A stretch of DNA of 64,000 bases. Source: an uncultured Verrucomicrobiae bacterium. GTDB lineage: Bacteria; Verrucomicrobiota; Verrucomicrobiia; Chthoniobacterales; JAATET01. The notes below the pieces were generated by a model, which was not told the DNA's origin, did no database searches, and saw only the letters and a list, made by a program, of their open reading frames with translations. Shown piece by piece: positions 10,025 through 20,091 of this stretch. Every line of letters starts with the position of its first letter. Position 1 is the first letter of the stretch. Position numbers and translations under genes: made by a program. The stretch spans positions 128,001 through 192,000 of the forward strand of contig CAVRCI010000005.1 in the NCBI GenBank assembly GCA_963719495.1, written 5' to 3'.

Positions 10025-10830
10025 ACTTTGGTTTGTTTTGGTTTTGGTTGAGAGATTCGAAAGCGGCAGACGACCGCGATGCCGGCGATCACCAGCAGAC
10101 CGATCACCCCGGGCTCGGGGATGGCCATCGGCTGATGTTCCACTCCGAAGTGCCACGTCGTCACCGGCGAGCTGACCGTCTGCATCGAGCCCGCCAACAC
10201 GCCCGAGAGCTGGAAGTCGATCTGGTAGTAACCCGCGCGACTGAACCCCCAATTCACGTGGGAATGACCGCCCTCGAGCTGATAGTAGATGTCGTCCCCG
10301 GTGATGCCCCCGTCCGCCGTCGACATCCAGACCTTCGGAGCGCCACTCGCGAATTGCCACAACGCGAAGTCCGCACTATCAGGCGTGCCATCGAGATCGA
10401 AAAATCGCACATCGATCAGACTGACCTTTAGCCATCGAGCCGCCGTCGGCGCTCGCGGATCTCCCGTCGGGATCGACGCGAAGGTCCCCGGCGCGATGCT
10501 CTGGGCCTCGAATCCCGCGTAGATCCGACCGGGCTCGCTCAGAACGGGCCAGATAAAAATCGGCTCTCCGGCGGCGACTCCGAGAAAATCCCACTGACCG
10601 CCCGCTGGTCGCGTGGCCGCCGTCGACCCCGAGGGTCCGTCGAAAAACAAGGTATCCGCTGGATCGTAGACCCCTGAATCCGCGTTCGCCCGCACCCCCA
10701 TCCCGTCCGCAGCGGAATACGTGAAGCCCACGATATCCACGTGCTCGTCGGTCACGACGGTGTATCCCCACGTCGGCAACGCCGCGGCCAAGCAGCCCAC
10801 CATAGCCAATCCTAAAGCTCGTCCTTTCAT
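10021..10830 (-). CDS. Second choice-of-anchor M-like PEP-CTERM protein
   Basis: EHVDI, WDFLGVAAGEP, GGHSHVNWGF, IPEP + TM. Confidence 0.85.
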   Translation of the reverse strand: MKGRALGLAMVGCLAAALPTWGYTVVTDEHVDIVGFTYSAADGMGVRANADSGVYDPADTLFFDGPSGSTAATRPAGGQWDFLGVAAGEPIFIWPVLSEPGRIYAGFEAQSIAPGTFASIPTGDPRAPTAARWLKVSLIDVRFFDLDGTPDSADFALWQFASGAPKVWMSTADGGITGDDIYYQLEGGHSHVNWGFSRAGYYQIDFQLSGVLAGSMQTVSSPVTTWHFGVEHQPMAIPEPGVIGLLVIAGIAVVCRFRISQPKPKQTKV

Positions 10831-11555
10831 GAATTGTTCTCCAAATCCGGCGGCCGGGCGATGTTGTCTCCGCGGTCCAACCGCTCCTTCACTTCGCTCG
10901 CCTTGATGTTTTCCACGTGGCCGTCGCCGAACAGATAATTTGCCGAGCCGTTCAAGTTGTCCGCCGCCTCGGATTTCGTGAAGCGATCCGGTGCCAGGTC
11001 GGCGCACAGCGCGGCCCAGTTTCCGTCCCACCGCTCGGAGTGCGTGTGGTCATTTTGCATGCTCGCGCCCTGGTCGTCCGATATGTTGCCAGCGAAAAGA
11101 GTCTTCGATGGCTCGCTCAGGTAGCGCAGATTATTGAGCGATCCCGGCATCACCTCGCCAAAAGGTCCGATTCTCGGCACGAAGACGAAGCTGTTGAGGA
11201 TGTAACTCGTCCCGTCCGCCGCGAGCCGCTCGGCTCCCTTCGGATCCGCCGGGCAGATCCGCACCTCGTCGACGTTGCCCAGGTAGGGCTTCAACGCAAA
11301 GATCCACGCTTGGTCGATGTCCGTCCCGAGTTCGTGCGTCGTCCCGGGCAGAGAGCCATCGTGATCATTCGCGTAAAGCAGAATCGCCGTCCCAACCTGC
11401 CGCAGGTTCGACGAACATTCCGCCCGCTGCGCCGCAACGACCATTCCCTGCACCGACGGCACCAGGAATGCCGCCAGGACGGAAACGATCGCCACCACCA
11501 CCAGGATCTCCACCAGCGTGAATCCTCGCGTCTTTTTCCGTTCCTCGATCCGCAT
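10827..11555 (-). CDS. Prepilin-type N-terminal / H-X9-DG pseudopilin-like protein
   Basis: GFTLVEILVVVAI, CSSNLRQVG, ANYLFGDGHVE. Confidence 0.92.
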   Translation of the reverse strand: MRIEERKKTRGFTLVEILVVVAIVSVLAAFLVPSVQGMVVAAQRAECSSNLRQVGTAILLYANDHDGSLPGTTHELGTDIDQAWIFALKPYLGNVDEVRICPADPKGAERLAADGTSYILNSFVFVPRIGPFGEVMPGSLNNLRYLSEPSKTLFAGNISDDQGASMQNDHTHSERWDGNWAALCADLAPDRFTKSEAADNLNGSANYLFGDGHVENIKASEVKERLDRGDNIARPPDLENNS

Positions 11556-11686
11556 TGCCGGGTCACCTTCGCCAACAAAATCTCTAATGCAAGTGAATTT
11601 TGAATCGAGAGTGTGAAGCTATAGGAATTCAATTTGAACCTTCCCGTGCCGTTGACATCCCGCGCGACCGCCATTACGTCATCCCC

Positions 11687-12091
11687 GTGTTTGCGAACCC
11701 GCGCTCCATTCTTCGCCGCGTCGCGCCGTCGATGCTCTGCGCCGCGCTCTTCGCGCTGGTCGGCGGGCACCTCGCCGTCGTGCAGGTCGTCGCGTGGGGC
11801 CAGATGCTCGGCCAGTATTCGCAGGAGGAAGGCTCCGTGTTCGCCGGGGCGGCCAAGACCTTCGGAGGCGACGCCCCCTGCGACCTGTGTCGTCGCGTCA
11901 CCAAGGCCCGAACCAACGAGGATCAACGCCCACCCGCCCTCAAAGCCGACAAAAAAATCGAAGGCCTCCTCGTGGCAACCGCGGCACTCGTCCGCACCCC
12001 GCCGACCCGCGACGCCACCTACCCACTTTCTCCGACGGCGACTCCGCCGTCCCGCACCGACGCCCCACCCGCGCCCGTCCCGCTAGCCTGA
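11687..12091 (+). CDS. Small membrane protein with CxxC and Pro-rich tail (DUF2946-like); start uncertain
   Basis: GGHLAVVQVVAW...KTFGGDAPCDLC...PPAPVP; TTGACA at 11652 upstream. Confidence 0.65.
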   Translation: MFANPRSILRRVAPSMLCAALFALVGGHLAVVQVVAWGQMLGQYSQEEGSVFAGAAKTFGGDAPCDLCRRVTKARTNEDQRPPALKADKKIEGLLVATAALVRTPPTRDATYPLSPTATPPSRTDAPPAPVPLA

Positions 12092-12188
12092 CGACCTAAC
12101 CCAGGTCCGCCCGAGCACCCGCGTGTCCGGGCAAAACGTCAGAGGAAAACCCCGGGGCAGATCCGCGCCCCGGCACCGGGAACATGTC

Positions 12189-12926
12189 GTGCAAGCCAGC
12201 ATCAATTCAAGGAGCGGCGATTTGCAATCGCCGAACCAACCCAAAAGGCAAAGCCTTCAAATCAAATCGAAAACCGCCGCATGCAGCCACGATCGAGCCT
12301 TCACGCTCATCGAACTGCTCGCCGTCCTCGCGATCGTCGCCGTCCTGACGTCATTCGCGCTCGCCGGTTACCAGCGCACCCTCGATTCCGCCAAGGCGAC
12401 GCAGTGCCTCGGGCACCTGCGCGCCATCGGCGTGGCGGCGGCGCTGTTTTCGTCGGACCACGATGGACTCTTCCCGCAATCGACCCACCAGGGTCCGGGC
12501 GAGGCGTGGCAATACGTCCTTCCGGCATATTTGGAGGGTCGCGATAAGGAAGTGTTCAAGTCCCCGGTCGCACCGAATCCCCGGCAAGACTTCAGCTACG
12601 CCATCAACGATTTCCTCACCCGGAGCCCCTACGGCGCTCCGGATCTCAACCTGTCGCGGCGCCAGAACGTGGGCACCCCGACGGCCACCCTCTTCTTCAC
12701 TCTCATGACCGCCGCCTACGGGCCGACCGATCATTTCCATTTCGCCAGCGCGGAGGACGGCGGCGCTTCCGTCGCCGGCTTCGCGAGCCAGGTGGAAACG
12801 GACGTCGCCAACGGCCGCGGTCATTACCTCTTCGTCGATGGCCACGTCTCGGCCATCCCGTGGGAGCAAATCCAAACCGAACTCCGCCGCCCTGGATCGA
12901 CCTTCGTCGACCCCCGCGGCGACTGA
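12189..12926 (+). CDS. Prepilin-type / H-X9-DG pseudopilin-like protein; start uncertain
   Basis: AFTLIELLAVLAI, CLGHLRAIG, DHFHF, YLFVDGHV; leader contains a REP family A copy. Confidence 0.88.
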   Translation: MQASINSRSGDLQSPNQPKRQSLQIKSKTAACSHDRAFTLIELLAVLAIVAVLTSFALAGYQRTLDSAKATQCLGHLRAIGVAAALFSSDHDGLFPQSTHQGPGEAWQYVLPAYLEGRDKEVFKSPVAPNPRQDFSYAINDFLTRSPYGAPDLNLSRRQNVGTPTATLFFTLMTAAYGPTDHFHFASAEDGGASVAGFASQVETDVANGRGHYLFVDGHVSAIPWEQIQTELRRPGSTFVDPRGD

Positions 12927-12965
12927 TCGAAACAAAAACGAACAAAAACGAACAAAACTCATCAC

Positions 12966-13667
12966 ATGAAAATCACGACCATCCTCGCGGCCCTCGCGGC
13001 CCTCTCCACCATCCCGGCGCTTCCCGCGCAGCACAACCACGCCTACGCCGGCGACTTCAACAACGACGGCTTCCTCGACTTCGGCAACACCGCCACCGGC
13101 GACCCCGTCAGTGATCTCGGCACCCGCACGATGGCCTTCGAGCCGACCGGGAACGACTACGCCGACGAGGGATTCCTCTACAACGGCGCGTGGACCCCGA
13201 CCGTGCTCAGCGGAAGAGACGTCGGCACCGGCAGCAACCCGAGCGGCCCCCGCAGCGGCGATTTCGTGAATCTCGTGCTCTTCGCGGTTTCCGGCCCCGT
13301 CGGGGCGACCTTCGGAATCTACGAGAGCGGAGCCACGGCCGTGACGTTGACGATGACGACTGGCATGACCAACGGCGCGAGCTCGATCCCGCTCACGGCG
13401 CAGAACTTCTTCGACGGCACTCCGTCCAACCCCTACGGGCACATCCACGGTCGCCGCTGGGTCGCGACCGACGCGGGTGATTACACCGTCACCTGGGCGC
13501 TCACCAACACGGGCACCGTCGGCACGCAGAACAGTCAGTTCGCCCCGAGCGGTCTCCAATTCTTCACGCAGACCTTCAGCGCCGTGCCCGAGCCCGGGAC
13601 CATCGCGCTACTCGCCCTTGCCTCTGGCGTGGGTCTCTACGCCTGGCGCCGCCGTCGGCAATCGTAA
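12966..13667 (+). CDS. His-motif PEP-CTERM surface protein
   Basis: Signal peptide, QHNH, PYGHIHGRRW, VPEP-TM-RRRR. Confidence 0.9.
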   Translation: MKITTILAALAALSTIPALPAQHNHAYAGDFNNDGFLDFGNTATGDPVSDLGTRTMAFEPTGNDYADEGFLYNGAWTPTVLSGRDVGTGSNPSGPRSGDFVNLVLFAVSGPVGATFGIYESGATAVTLTMTTGMTNGASSIPLTAQNFFDGTPSNPYGHIHGRRWVATDAGDYTVTWALTNTGTVGTQNSQFAPSGLQFFTQTFSAVPEPGTIALLALASGVGLYAWRRRRQS

Positions 13668-13706
13668 CCTTCCGGTGATCGAATCCCGGTCCGGCCAGCC
13701 CACCCG

Positions 13707-16052
13707 GTGACCTTGTCGGCCCCCGCGATTCGCCCGCCTCTGCCTCGAGCCGCGGCTCTGCTCCTCGCGAGCGGGGCCGCGGGTCTCGCGCACCAGATCC
13801 TCTGGATGCGCCTCATGGTCGACGCGCTTGGTGCCGACAGCGGCACGTTCGCCGTCGTCGCCGGCGCGTTCTTCCTCGGTCTCTCGCTCGGCTCGCTCGC
13901 CGCCAGCCGATTCGTTCCAAAGCGCCCGGCTTTCGCGATCGCCGCCGCGGAAACGTCCGTGGCCCTGCTCGCCGTCGTCGTCCTTCTCGTCGCTCGTTCG
14001 GACTGGTTTCTAGCCGTCCCGCCAGCCGCCGCCGAAGTTCTCAAAAACGTCCTGCCGCTCGTCCTCGTCGGCCTCCCCGCCGCCGCGATGGGCCTCGTTT
14101 TCCCCTGGCTCGTTTGGGCCATCCACGCCACCCCCCGCGCGACCGTCGCGCTCTACGCCGTCAACACCGTCGGCGGCGTCGCGGGCATCGCCGCCACCTG
14201 CCTCGCCATCCTCCCGGGCCTCGGTCTCACCGCCGCCGTCCTGATCACCGCGACCGCCAACCTTTTCGCGGCCATCCTCGCTCTCGGGCTCCACCCATCC
14301 CGCGCCGCCAATCCAACGGCCCGGGAGTCCGCCCCCCGCGACCGCAACCTCGCCGCGCTCGCCTTCGGGTCGGGTTTCCTCATCCTTGCCCAGGAAACGG
14401 TCGTCCAACACCAGGTCGCGCAGATCACGATCAATTCGCTTTTCTCGAGCGCGGCGGTGCTGACCGCCGTCCTCGTCGCCCTCGCCGCCGCGGCGGCGCT
14501 CAATCCGCTCGTGCCGCGCCTCTCGCGCGTCGCCCCGGCTCTCGCCCTCGCGGCGCTCGCGTGCGCCGCCCAGCCGTTCGTTTTTAGCGCCTGGACGGGC
14601 AATCTGATCCCGCTTTCCTGGAAACTCGCCCCGCCCGCGTATTACGCGCAGACGGCCGCGCTACTCGCGATCACCGTCGTGCCGCTTTTCTTCGCCGCCG
14701 GCCTCGTCTTCCCCGCCGCCCTGCGTCTCGCCCGTCCCTCCCAGGTCGGCGTTCTCCTGGCTTGGAACGGCCTCGGCGGCTGGCTCGGCGCGGAAATGAC
14801 CAACCGCTTCCTCGCCCCGACCTTCGGCCTCTGGCAAACGGTTCTGCTCTTCGGCTGCGGTTACGCGGCCCTGCTCACCCTCCGGCGCCCGACCCTGGCG
14901 ATCGCCGCCATCGTCGTCGTCATCGTCGCTCTCCCCTTCGCCGCCCGACTCCCCCAGGCCGCCGCCCAGCGCGGTGAGCATATCAGCCATCTCACCGTCG
15001 CGCGCGAGGGCGTCGTCGCCTTGGTTCAGCGCAACCCGCGAGACCGCCGCATTCTCTTCAATAACACCTACTCGCTCGGCGGCTCGCTCGCCCGGCGCAA
15101 TCAGGAACGCCAGGCCCACCTCCCGATTCTGCTCCACGGCGGGGCGCGCAACGTGGCCACGCTCGGCGTCGCCACCGGCAGCACCCTCGCCGGAGCCGCG
15201 CAACACCCCGACGTCGAGCGACTCACCGCCATCGAACTCAGCCCCGCCGCCGCCCGCATCGCCCGCGAAGAATTTTCGACCGTCAACGAGGACGTTTTCG
15301 CCGACCTCCGCATCGACCTCCGCCTCGGCGACGCCCGGTGGGAGATCGCGCGCCACGCCGCGACTTACGACGTGGTCGTGGGCGACCTCTTCCTCCCGTG
15401 GCGCACCGGCGAAGGCCGACTCTTCACCCGCGAGCACTTCGAAAACGTTCGCCGCTCCCTGCGACCCGACGGCCTCTTCTGCCAATGGCTGCCGCTCTTC
15501 CAACTCACCCGCGCCCAATTCGACGTGATCGTCCGCACGTTTTCGAGCGTCTTCCCCGGCGCGTTTCTCGTGCGCGGCGATTTCTACGCCGACCAACCCA
15601 TCGTTGGCCTCGTCGGCGGACGCGTCCTCGATTCCATCCGTTGGGACGCCGTCGAGACCGCCGCCCGCCGCATCTCCGCCGCCACCTCCGACCCGCTTGT
15701 CACCCACGCCGAGGGCGTCGCGATGCTCACGCTCGGCCCCGCCCCCGAACCGGGACCCGGCCCCATCAACACACTGGGCAACGCCTGGCTCGAGTGGAAC
15801 GCCGGGCGCAACGTCGTCGGTCTCGCCGAGCCTTGGTTCACCGATGACGCCTTTCGCACGTTCGCCGCCGACCTCAGCGCCGCCAGCCGCGACCACCTGC
15901 CCACCGACCTGCGCGACGCCCACGCCGGCGGCGAGAAACTCGCCCGGGATCCCGGCCTCCGACCCGAGTCCGTGCTTCCCGCGAGTCTGCGCGATGACCT
16001 GACAGCCGACTGGACCGAATGGCCGGGGCGCCCGAAACCGTTCGCGCGATGA
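13707..16052 (+). CDS. Multi-TM protein fused to a spermidine-synthase-like SAM-binding domain
   Basis: Many TM helices, LYAVNTVGG, LGVATGST, IELSP, GDAR, DVVVGDLF, GLFCQWLP. Confidence 0.85.
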   Translation: MTLSAPAIRPPLPRAAALLLASGAAGLAHQILWMRLMVDALGADSGTFAVVAGAFFLGLSLGSLAASRFVPKRPAFAIAAAETSVALLAVVVLLVARSDWFLAVPPAAAEVLKNVLPLVLVGLPAAAMGLVFPWLVWAIHATPRATVALYAVNTVGGVAGIAATCLAILPGLGLTAAVLITATANLFAAILALGLHPSRAANPTARESAPRDRNLAALAFGSGFLILAQETVVQHQVAQITINSLFSSAAVLTAVLVALAAAAALNPLVPRLSRVAPALALAALACAAQPFVFSAWTGNLIPLSWKLAPPAYYAQTAALLAITVVPLFFAAGLVFPAALRLARPSQVGVLLAWNGLGGWLGAEMTNRFLAPTFGLWQTVLLFGCGYAALLTLRRPTLAIAAIVVVIVALPFAARLPQAAAQRGEHISHLTVAREGVVALVQRNPRDRRILFNNTYSLGGSLARRNQERQAHLPILLHGGARNVATLGVATGSTLAGAAQHPDVERLTAIELSPAAARIAREEFSTVNEDVFADLRIDLRLGDARWEIARHAATYDVVVGDLFLPWRTGEGRLFTREHFENVRRSLRPDGLFCQWLPLFQLTRAQFDVIVRTFSSVFPGAFLVRGDFYADQPIVGLVGGRVLDSIRWDAVETAARRISAATSDPLVTHAEGVAMLTLGPAPEPGPGPINTLGNAWLEWNAGRNVVGLAEPWFTDDAFRTFAADLSAASRDHLPTDLRDAHAGGEKLARDPGLRPESVLPASLRDDLTADWTEWPGRPKPFAR

Positions 16053-16120
16053 CCGGTCCCCGACCCGGGAAAATTTTCCCGCCTTGCACCGCGGCGCGCC
16101 CGGGTTTCAATTGAAACGCC

Positions 16121-16432
16121 ATGTATGACACCGGAGAAAAAGTCGTTTGCGTCGACGGCAAGTTCGAGCCGCTCCACAAACACATTTACAAAGCCCTGCC
16201 CACCGAAGGCACCGTCTACACCGTCCGCGAGTGCTCGATCGGTCGATCCTCGACCGGCGTAAGTTACCGCGTCCTCCTCGAAGAACTGGTCAACGGCCCC
16301 GACCCCTACATGCACGAGAGCAACGCCGAAGAACTCGGCTTCCGCTCCGACCGCTTCGCCCCCATGATCAGCAACGAGCAGGAAGAAGAAGAAGAAATGG
16401 CCCTCCCCGACGCCATCGGCGTCCCGGGTTGA
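16121..16432 (+). CDS. Hypothetical protein with acidic tail
   Basis: ATG start, host-like codon usage, GEKVVCVD motif. Confidence 0.7.
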   Translation: MYDTGEKVVCVDGKFEPLHKHIYKALPTEGTVYTVRECSIGRSSTGVSYRVLLEELVNGPDPYMHESNAEELGFRSDRFAPMISNEQEEEEEMALPDAIGVPG

Positions 16433-16460
16433 CGAATTGGTCGCGACTCCGGGCGTCGTA

Positions 16461-16937
16461 TCAAAAAATCGCCGCCACCACGAACCATCCGATCATCACC
16501 AACCCGATCCCAAATTTCCCCACGATCCCCGCCGTCGTCCCGACCAACGTCCCCCAGCCTGACTTCCCCGCCGGCAAGATTCCCTTCCCCCCCAGAATTT
16601 CCCCCACGACGGCCCCGACCAGCGGCCCGACGAAAATCCCGATCAGCCCAAAAAACAAACCCACCACCGCGCCTAAAATCCCGCCAATCGCCCCCCACCG
16701 CGTCGCGCCAAACCACTTCGCCCCCAGCGATCCACTCACGATATCGAGCGCCTGCGCCACGATCGCCAGCACGATCAATGCAATCAGCGTCGACCAACCG
16801 ACCACCCCCACGAAGGCGTGCAGGAGAATCGCCCCGGCTAAAATCAGCACCGTCCCGGGGATCAACGGCACCACCGTCCCCGCCAATCCGACCAACATCA
16901 AAAACACCGAAAGCGTCCACCAAAAAATATCCGACAT
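16461..16937 (-). CDS. DUF456 family membrane protein
   Basis: GTVVPLIPG, GAKWFGATRWG, GPLVGAVVGE. Confidence 0.85.
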   Translation of the reverse strand: MSDIFWWTLSVFLMLVGLAGTVVPLIPGTVLILAGAILLHAFVGVVGWSTLIALIVLAIVAQALDIVSGSLGAKWFGATRWGAIGGILGAVVGLFFGLIGIFVGPLVGAVVGEILGGKGILPAGKSGWGTLVGTTAGIVGKFGIGLVMIGWFVVAAIF

Positions 16938-17019
16938 CGCCGCCGAACCTGCGCCGATCCCGGTCGAAAGCAAGCCCTCCGCTCGACTTCTCCGCCCGCC
17001 AAAGTTATCACGACCCGTC

Positions 17020-17544
17020 ATGAAGTTCTGCCTCCTGCTCCTCGCATTTGCCCTTCCGCTCGCCGCCCAAACCCAGCCGACCGATCCCACACCGGGAGGT
17101 TTCCTCGCCTCGGCAACCCAAGTCCTGCCACCCCAATACCGGAACGGAATCGTCAAAGTCTCCGCCGACGACGGCAACCCGAATCCGGAGACCTGGTATC
17201 TTCTCGCCCGCAACGCCGACAAGGCCAACGACACTTACGCGATCGAAATCGAAGGCGGTGCCGTCACCAAGGAAAAGCCCTCCTTCAACCTCGGTGCCGT
17301 CATCGGCCAACCCAGTTCGATCGACCTCTCGCGGGTCGCCATCGACTCCTCCGCCGCGTGGGACATCGCCGCCACCTTCAGCGAAACCAAAGGCCGACAA
17401 CTCGGCACCGTCAGCTACGTCCTCGAGCAGGAAGGCGCCAGCGCCGCCCCGATCTGGTCCGTCTGGTGCTACGACCCCGCCGGCGACGACATCGGCGAAT
17501 TGCGAATTCTCGCCACCAACGGCGCAATCATTTCGTCGGAATAA
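17020..17544 (+). CDS. Secreted hypothetical protein (possibly PepSY-like)
   Basis: MKFCLLLLAFALPLAA signal peptide; IDSSAAWDIA...PIWSV...ILATNGAII. Confidence 0.7.
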   Translation: MKFCLLLLAFALPLAAQTQPTDPTPGGFLASATQVLPPQYRNGIVKVSADDGNPNPETWYLLARNADKANDTYAIEIEGGAVTKEKPSFNLGAVIGQPSSIDLSRVAIDSSAAWDIAATFSETKGRQLGTVSYVLEQEGASAAPIWSVWCYDPAGDDIGELRILATNGAIISSE

Positions 17545-17551
17545 CGCCCGC

Positions 17552-17866
17552 TCAATCGAGGTAAAAAACCTCGCGCAGCTCCTTCACCTCGGGGGTCCCG
17601 TCCGGATTGTAGACCATGATGTCGTCCATGTATTTCCACCAACGCTGACACTCCTCCGTCGCCGCCACCGCCGCGAACCGAGCCTCGTCCTCGATCTCCA
17701 GCGACCCGAAGAGCTGCAGAGTCTCCGCGTGCAAAAAGATCACGTAGTGGTGCACCCCATGCCGCTTGAGCATCGCCACCATCTCCGGCCAGATCTCATC
17801 GTGGCGGCGCTCATACTCGGCCTCTTGACCGGGAAGAAGCTGAAGAACGAAGGCTTTGCGTTTCAT
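17552..17866 (-). CDS. rhaM: L-rhamnose mutarotase
   Basis: EYERRHDEIWPE, QRWWKYM, LREVFYLD. Confidence 0.92.
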   Translation of the reverse strand: MKRKAFVLQLLPGQEAEYERRHDEIWPEMVAMLKRHGVHHYVIFLHAETLQLFGSLEIEDEARFAAVAATEECQRWWKYMDDIMVYNPDGTPEVKELREVFYLD

Positions 17867-17950
17867 AAGGATAGCTGGAATGGCGAAGCCCCGACCCTAC
17901 CAAAACACCGTCAGACCCGACACACGGAAAAGCCTCCCCCATCCAAAACC

Positions 17951-17982
17951 TGTCATGTTGAGCGAAGCGAAACATCTCTGGC
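17951..17982 (+). repeat. TGTC-type REP (TGTCATSnTGAGCGAAGCGAAnnATCTCTGGC)
   Basis: Copies at 22648, 22713 (inverted), 47847, 49813, 50212 (inverted) and 50290. Confidence 0.88.
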
Positions 17983-18011
17983 TTCTCACCCTCACCGTAT
18001 TCTCACCGAAA

Positions 18012-18818
18012 TCACTCCACCGGCCGCACACTGTATTGACCCAATTTCTCGTTCCGCTCCAAAGTCACGATCCCGTCCTTCTCCGCCGCCTTCAGCAAAT
18101 CGTTGAAAGATCGGAACCCGTGAGCCCGCTCATTGAACCCCGGATTCCGCCGCTTCATCGCCGGTTTGATCATGGAAGCCCAGATGATGTCGTCCCCCCG
18201 CTCCTCCACGAGCGCTTCCAACGTCGCCGCCAGCTGATTGAGCGCCTGCTCCAGCGTCGGCCCCGATCCAGCCTTCACCTCGACCGTCGCCCCGTCCTTC
18301 GCCTCGACCACTTTCTTCACCGGGCGGTCCGCCTTTTTAACCGGCTTCTCCCGCACGAGGTCGTCGTAGTAAATGAACTCGTCGCAGTTGTTGATGAACA
18401 GATCCGAACTCGAACTCTTCACCCCGACGCCGACCACCGTCTTCGCGTTCTCCCGCAGCTTGCTCACCAGCGGCGAAAAATCCGAATCCCCGCTCAGCAC
18501 CACGAACGTGTCGAGGTGCGGCTTCGTGTAACAAAGGTCCAGCGCGTCCACGACCATCCGGATGTCGGCGGAATTCTTCCCCGACTGCCGAATGTGCGGA
18601 ATCTCGATCAACTCGAAAGCCGCCTCGTGCAGATCGCGCTTGAACTCCCGATACCGCTCGAAGTCGCAATACGCCTTCTTCACCACGATGTGCCCACGCA
18701 GCAGCAACCGCGTCATCACGAGCTGAATGTCAAACCGGGGAAACTTCGCGTCCTTCGCCCCCAGCGCGATGTTTTCCAGATCGAGGAACACCGCCATCGT
18801 GGCGTCCGAGTCGCTCAC
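18012..18818 (-). CDS. NYN (LabA/DUF88) domain protein with C-terminal OST-HTH/LOTUS
   Basis: VFLDLEN, GKNSADIRMVVDA, SGDSDFSPL, FNERAHGFRSF. Confidence 0.92.
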   Translation of the reverse strand: MSDSDATMAVFLDLENIALGAKDAKFPRFDIQLVMTRLLLRGHIVVKKAYCDFERYREFKRDLHEAAFELIEIPHIRQSGKNSADIRMVVDALDLCYTKPHLDTFVVLSGDSDFSPLVSKLRENAKTVVGVGVKSSSSDLFINNCDEFIYYDDLVREKPVKKADRPVKKVVEAKDGATVEVKAGSGPTLEQALNQLAATLEALVEERGDDIIWASMIKPAMKRRNPGFNERAHGFRSFNDLLKAAEKDGIVTLERNEKLGQYSVRPVE

Positions 18819-18994
18819 GAATTCACGCGCTCGCCCGCCGGTTGCTGCAGCTCCTCGACGTCGCCCGGGGTCGACGGGTCGTCGTCGCCCCACACCGCGA
18901 ATGCGACGAAGATCCCGACCAGCAGAATCGCCCCGGCGACGATGAAGATCAGGTAGGTTTTCGAAAAGGACGGTGGCAGCGGTTCGGTCTCCAT
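18815..18994 (-). CDS. 59-aa single-TM small protein, absent from the ORF track
   Basis: METEPLPPSFSKTYLIFIVAGAILLVGIFVAFAVWGDDDPSTPGDVEELQQPAGERVNS; stop overlaps the NYN GTG start (GTGA). Confidence 0.65.
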   Translation of the reverse strand: METEPLPPSFSKTYLIFIVAGAILLVGIFVAFAVWGDDDPSTPGDVEELQQPAGERVNS

Positions 18995-19077
18995 GCTCTA
19001 TTGACTGCACGATTTTGCGGCGGGCGGCAATTCCGTTCGCACCCGACCAATCCCAACTCCCGAATCGATCCTACCCT

Positions 19078-19491
19078 ATGAACATCCGCCTTCTCCTCGG
19101 TCTCACCGCAACCCTCGCCGCGATCACCCTCACCGGTTGCGTCAACGAACGCGGTCAATTCACCCCCGCCGACCCGATCGGTCGCGCCATCTTCGGAGCC
19201 ATCCGCAACGATCCCGGCTACAGCGACGACTACTACTACGAATACAACGAGCCCCGCGAAGTCGTCGTCACCAGCCCCCGGCCCCGCGCCATCTACGAGA
19301 CCCGTCCCTCCGTCCCATCCGGCTACCGCGATCCCGTCTACGTCCCCGGCAGCTACGCCTACAGCAACAACCGCTGGGCCTGGCAACGCGGTCGCTACGT
19401 GAATCGCCCCCGCTCGGGCGTGAATTACTACCAGCCTCGCTACTACACCCGCGGAGGCCGCTCCTACTACCGCGGCGGCTACTGGCGCTGA
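19078..19491 (+). CDS. Lipoprotein with Tyr/Trp/Arg-rich (YXWGXW-like) repeats
   Basis: Lipobox [33 protein letters not shown]. Confidence 0.75.
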   Translation: MNIRLLLGLTATLAAITLTGCVNERGQFTPADPIGRAIFGAIRNDPGYSDDYYYEYNEPREVVVTSPRPRAIYETRPSVPSGYRDPVYVPGSYAYSNNRWAWQRGRYVNRPRSGVNYYQPRYYTRGGRSYYRGGYWR

Positions 19492-19515
19492 TTTCACTCC
19501 TCAATCGCGAGCGCC

Positions 19516-20091
19516 ATGTCCGAGCCCGAGCGCACCGAACGCGAGAAAATGCTCGCGGGCGATCTGTATTTCGCCGGCGGCGACCACCTCACCGCCGAGC
19601 GAAGCAAGGCCCGCCACTGGATGCGCCGCCTCGCCGCCTCCAACCCCGACGACAAATCGGCCCGCCACCGGATCATTCGCGAAGGCTTCGGTGCCGTGGG
19701 TTCCAATCCTTGGATCGAGCCGCCCTTCGCCGTCGACTACGGTTGGAACATCTCCGTCGGCGACGATTTCTACGCGAATTTCAACTGCACGATCCTCGAC
19801 GTCGCCCCCGTCACCATCGGCCACCACGTCCTCCTCGCCCCCAACGTTCAGATCTACACCGCCACCCACCCGCTCGAAGCCGACCTCCGGCTCCGCGACC
19901 TCGAACTCGGTCGCCCGATCACCATCGGCAATAACGTCTGGATCGGCGGTGGCGCGATCATCTGCCCCGGCGTCACGATCGGCGACCACACCGTCGTCGG
20001 CGCTGGCAGCGTCGTCACCCGCTCGCTCCCCGACCGCGTCGTCGCCGTCGGCAACCCCGCCCGCATCCTGCGCAAGCTCCCCGAGTCGTGA
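19516..20091 (+). CDS. maa: Sugar (maltose) O-acetyltransferase
   Basis: [22 protein letters not shown], hexapeptide repeats, GNPAR. Confidence 0.88.
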   Translation: MSEPERTEREKMLAGDLYFAGGDHLTAERSKARHWMRRLAASNPDDKSARHRIIREGFGAVGSNPWIEPPFAVDYGWNISVGDDFYANFNCTILDVAPVTIGHHVLLAPNVQIYTATHPLEADLRLRDLELGRPITIGNNVWIGGGAIICPGVTIGDHTVVGAGSVVTRSLPDRVVAVGNPARILRKLPES

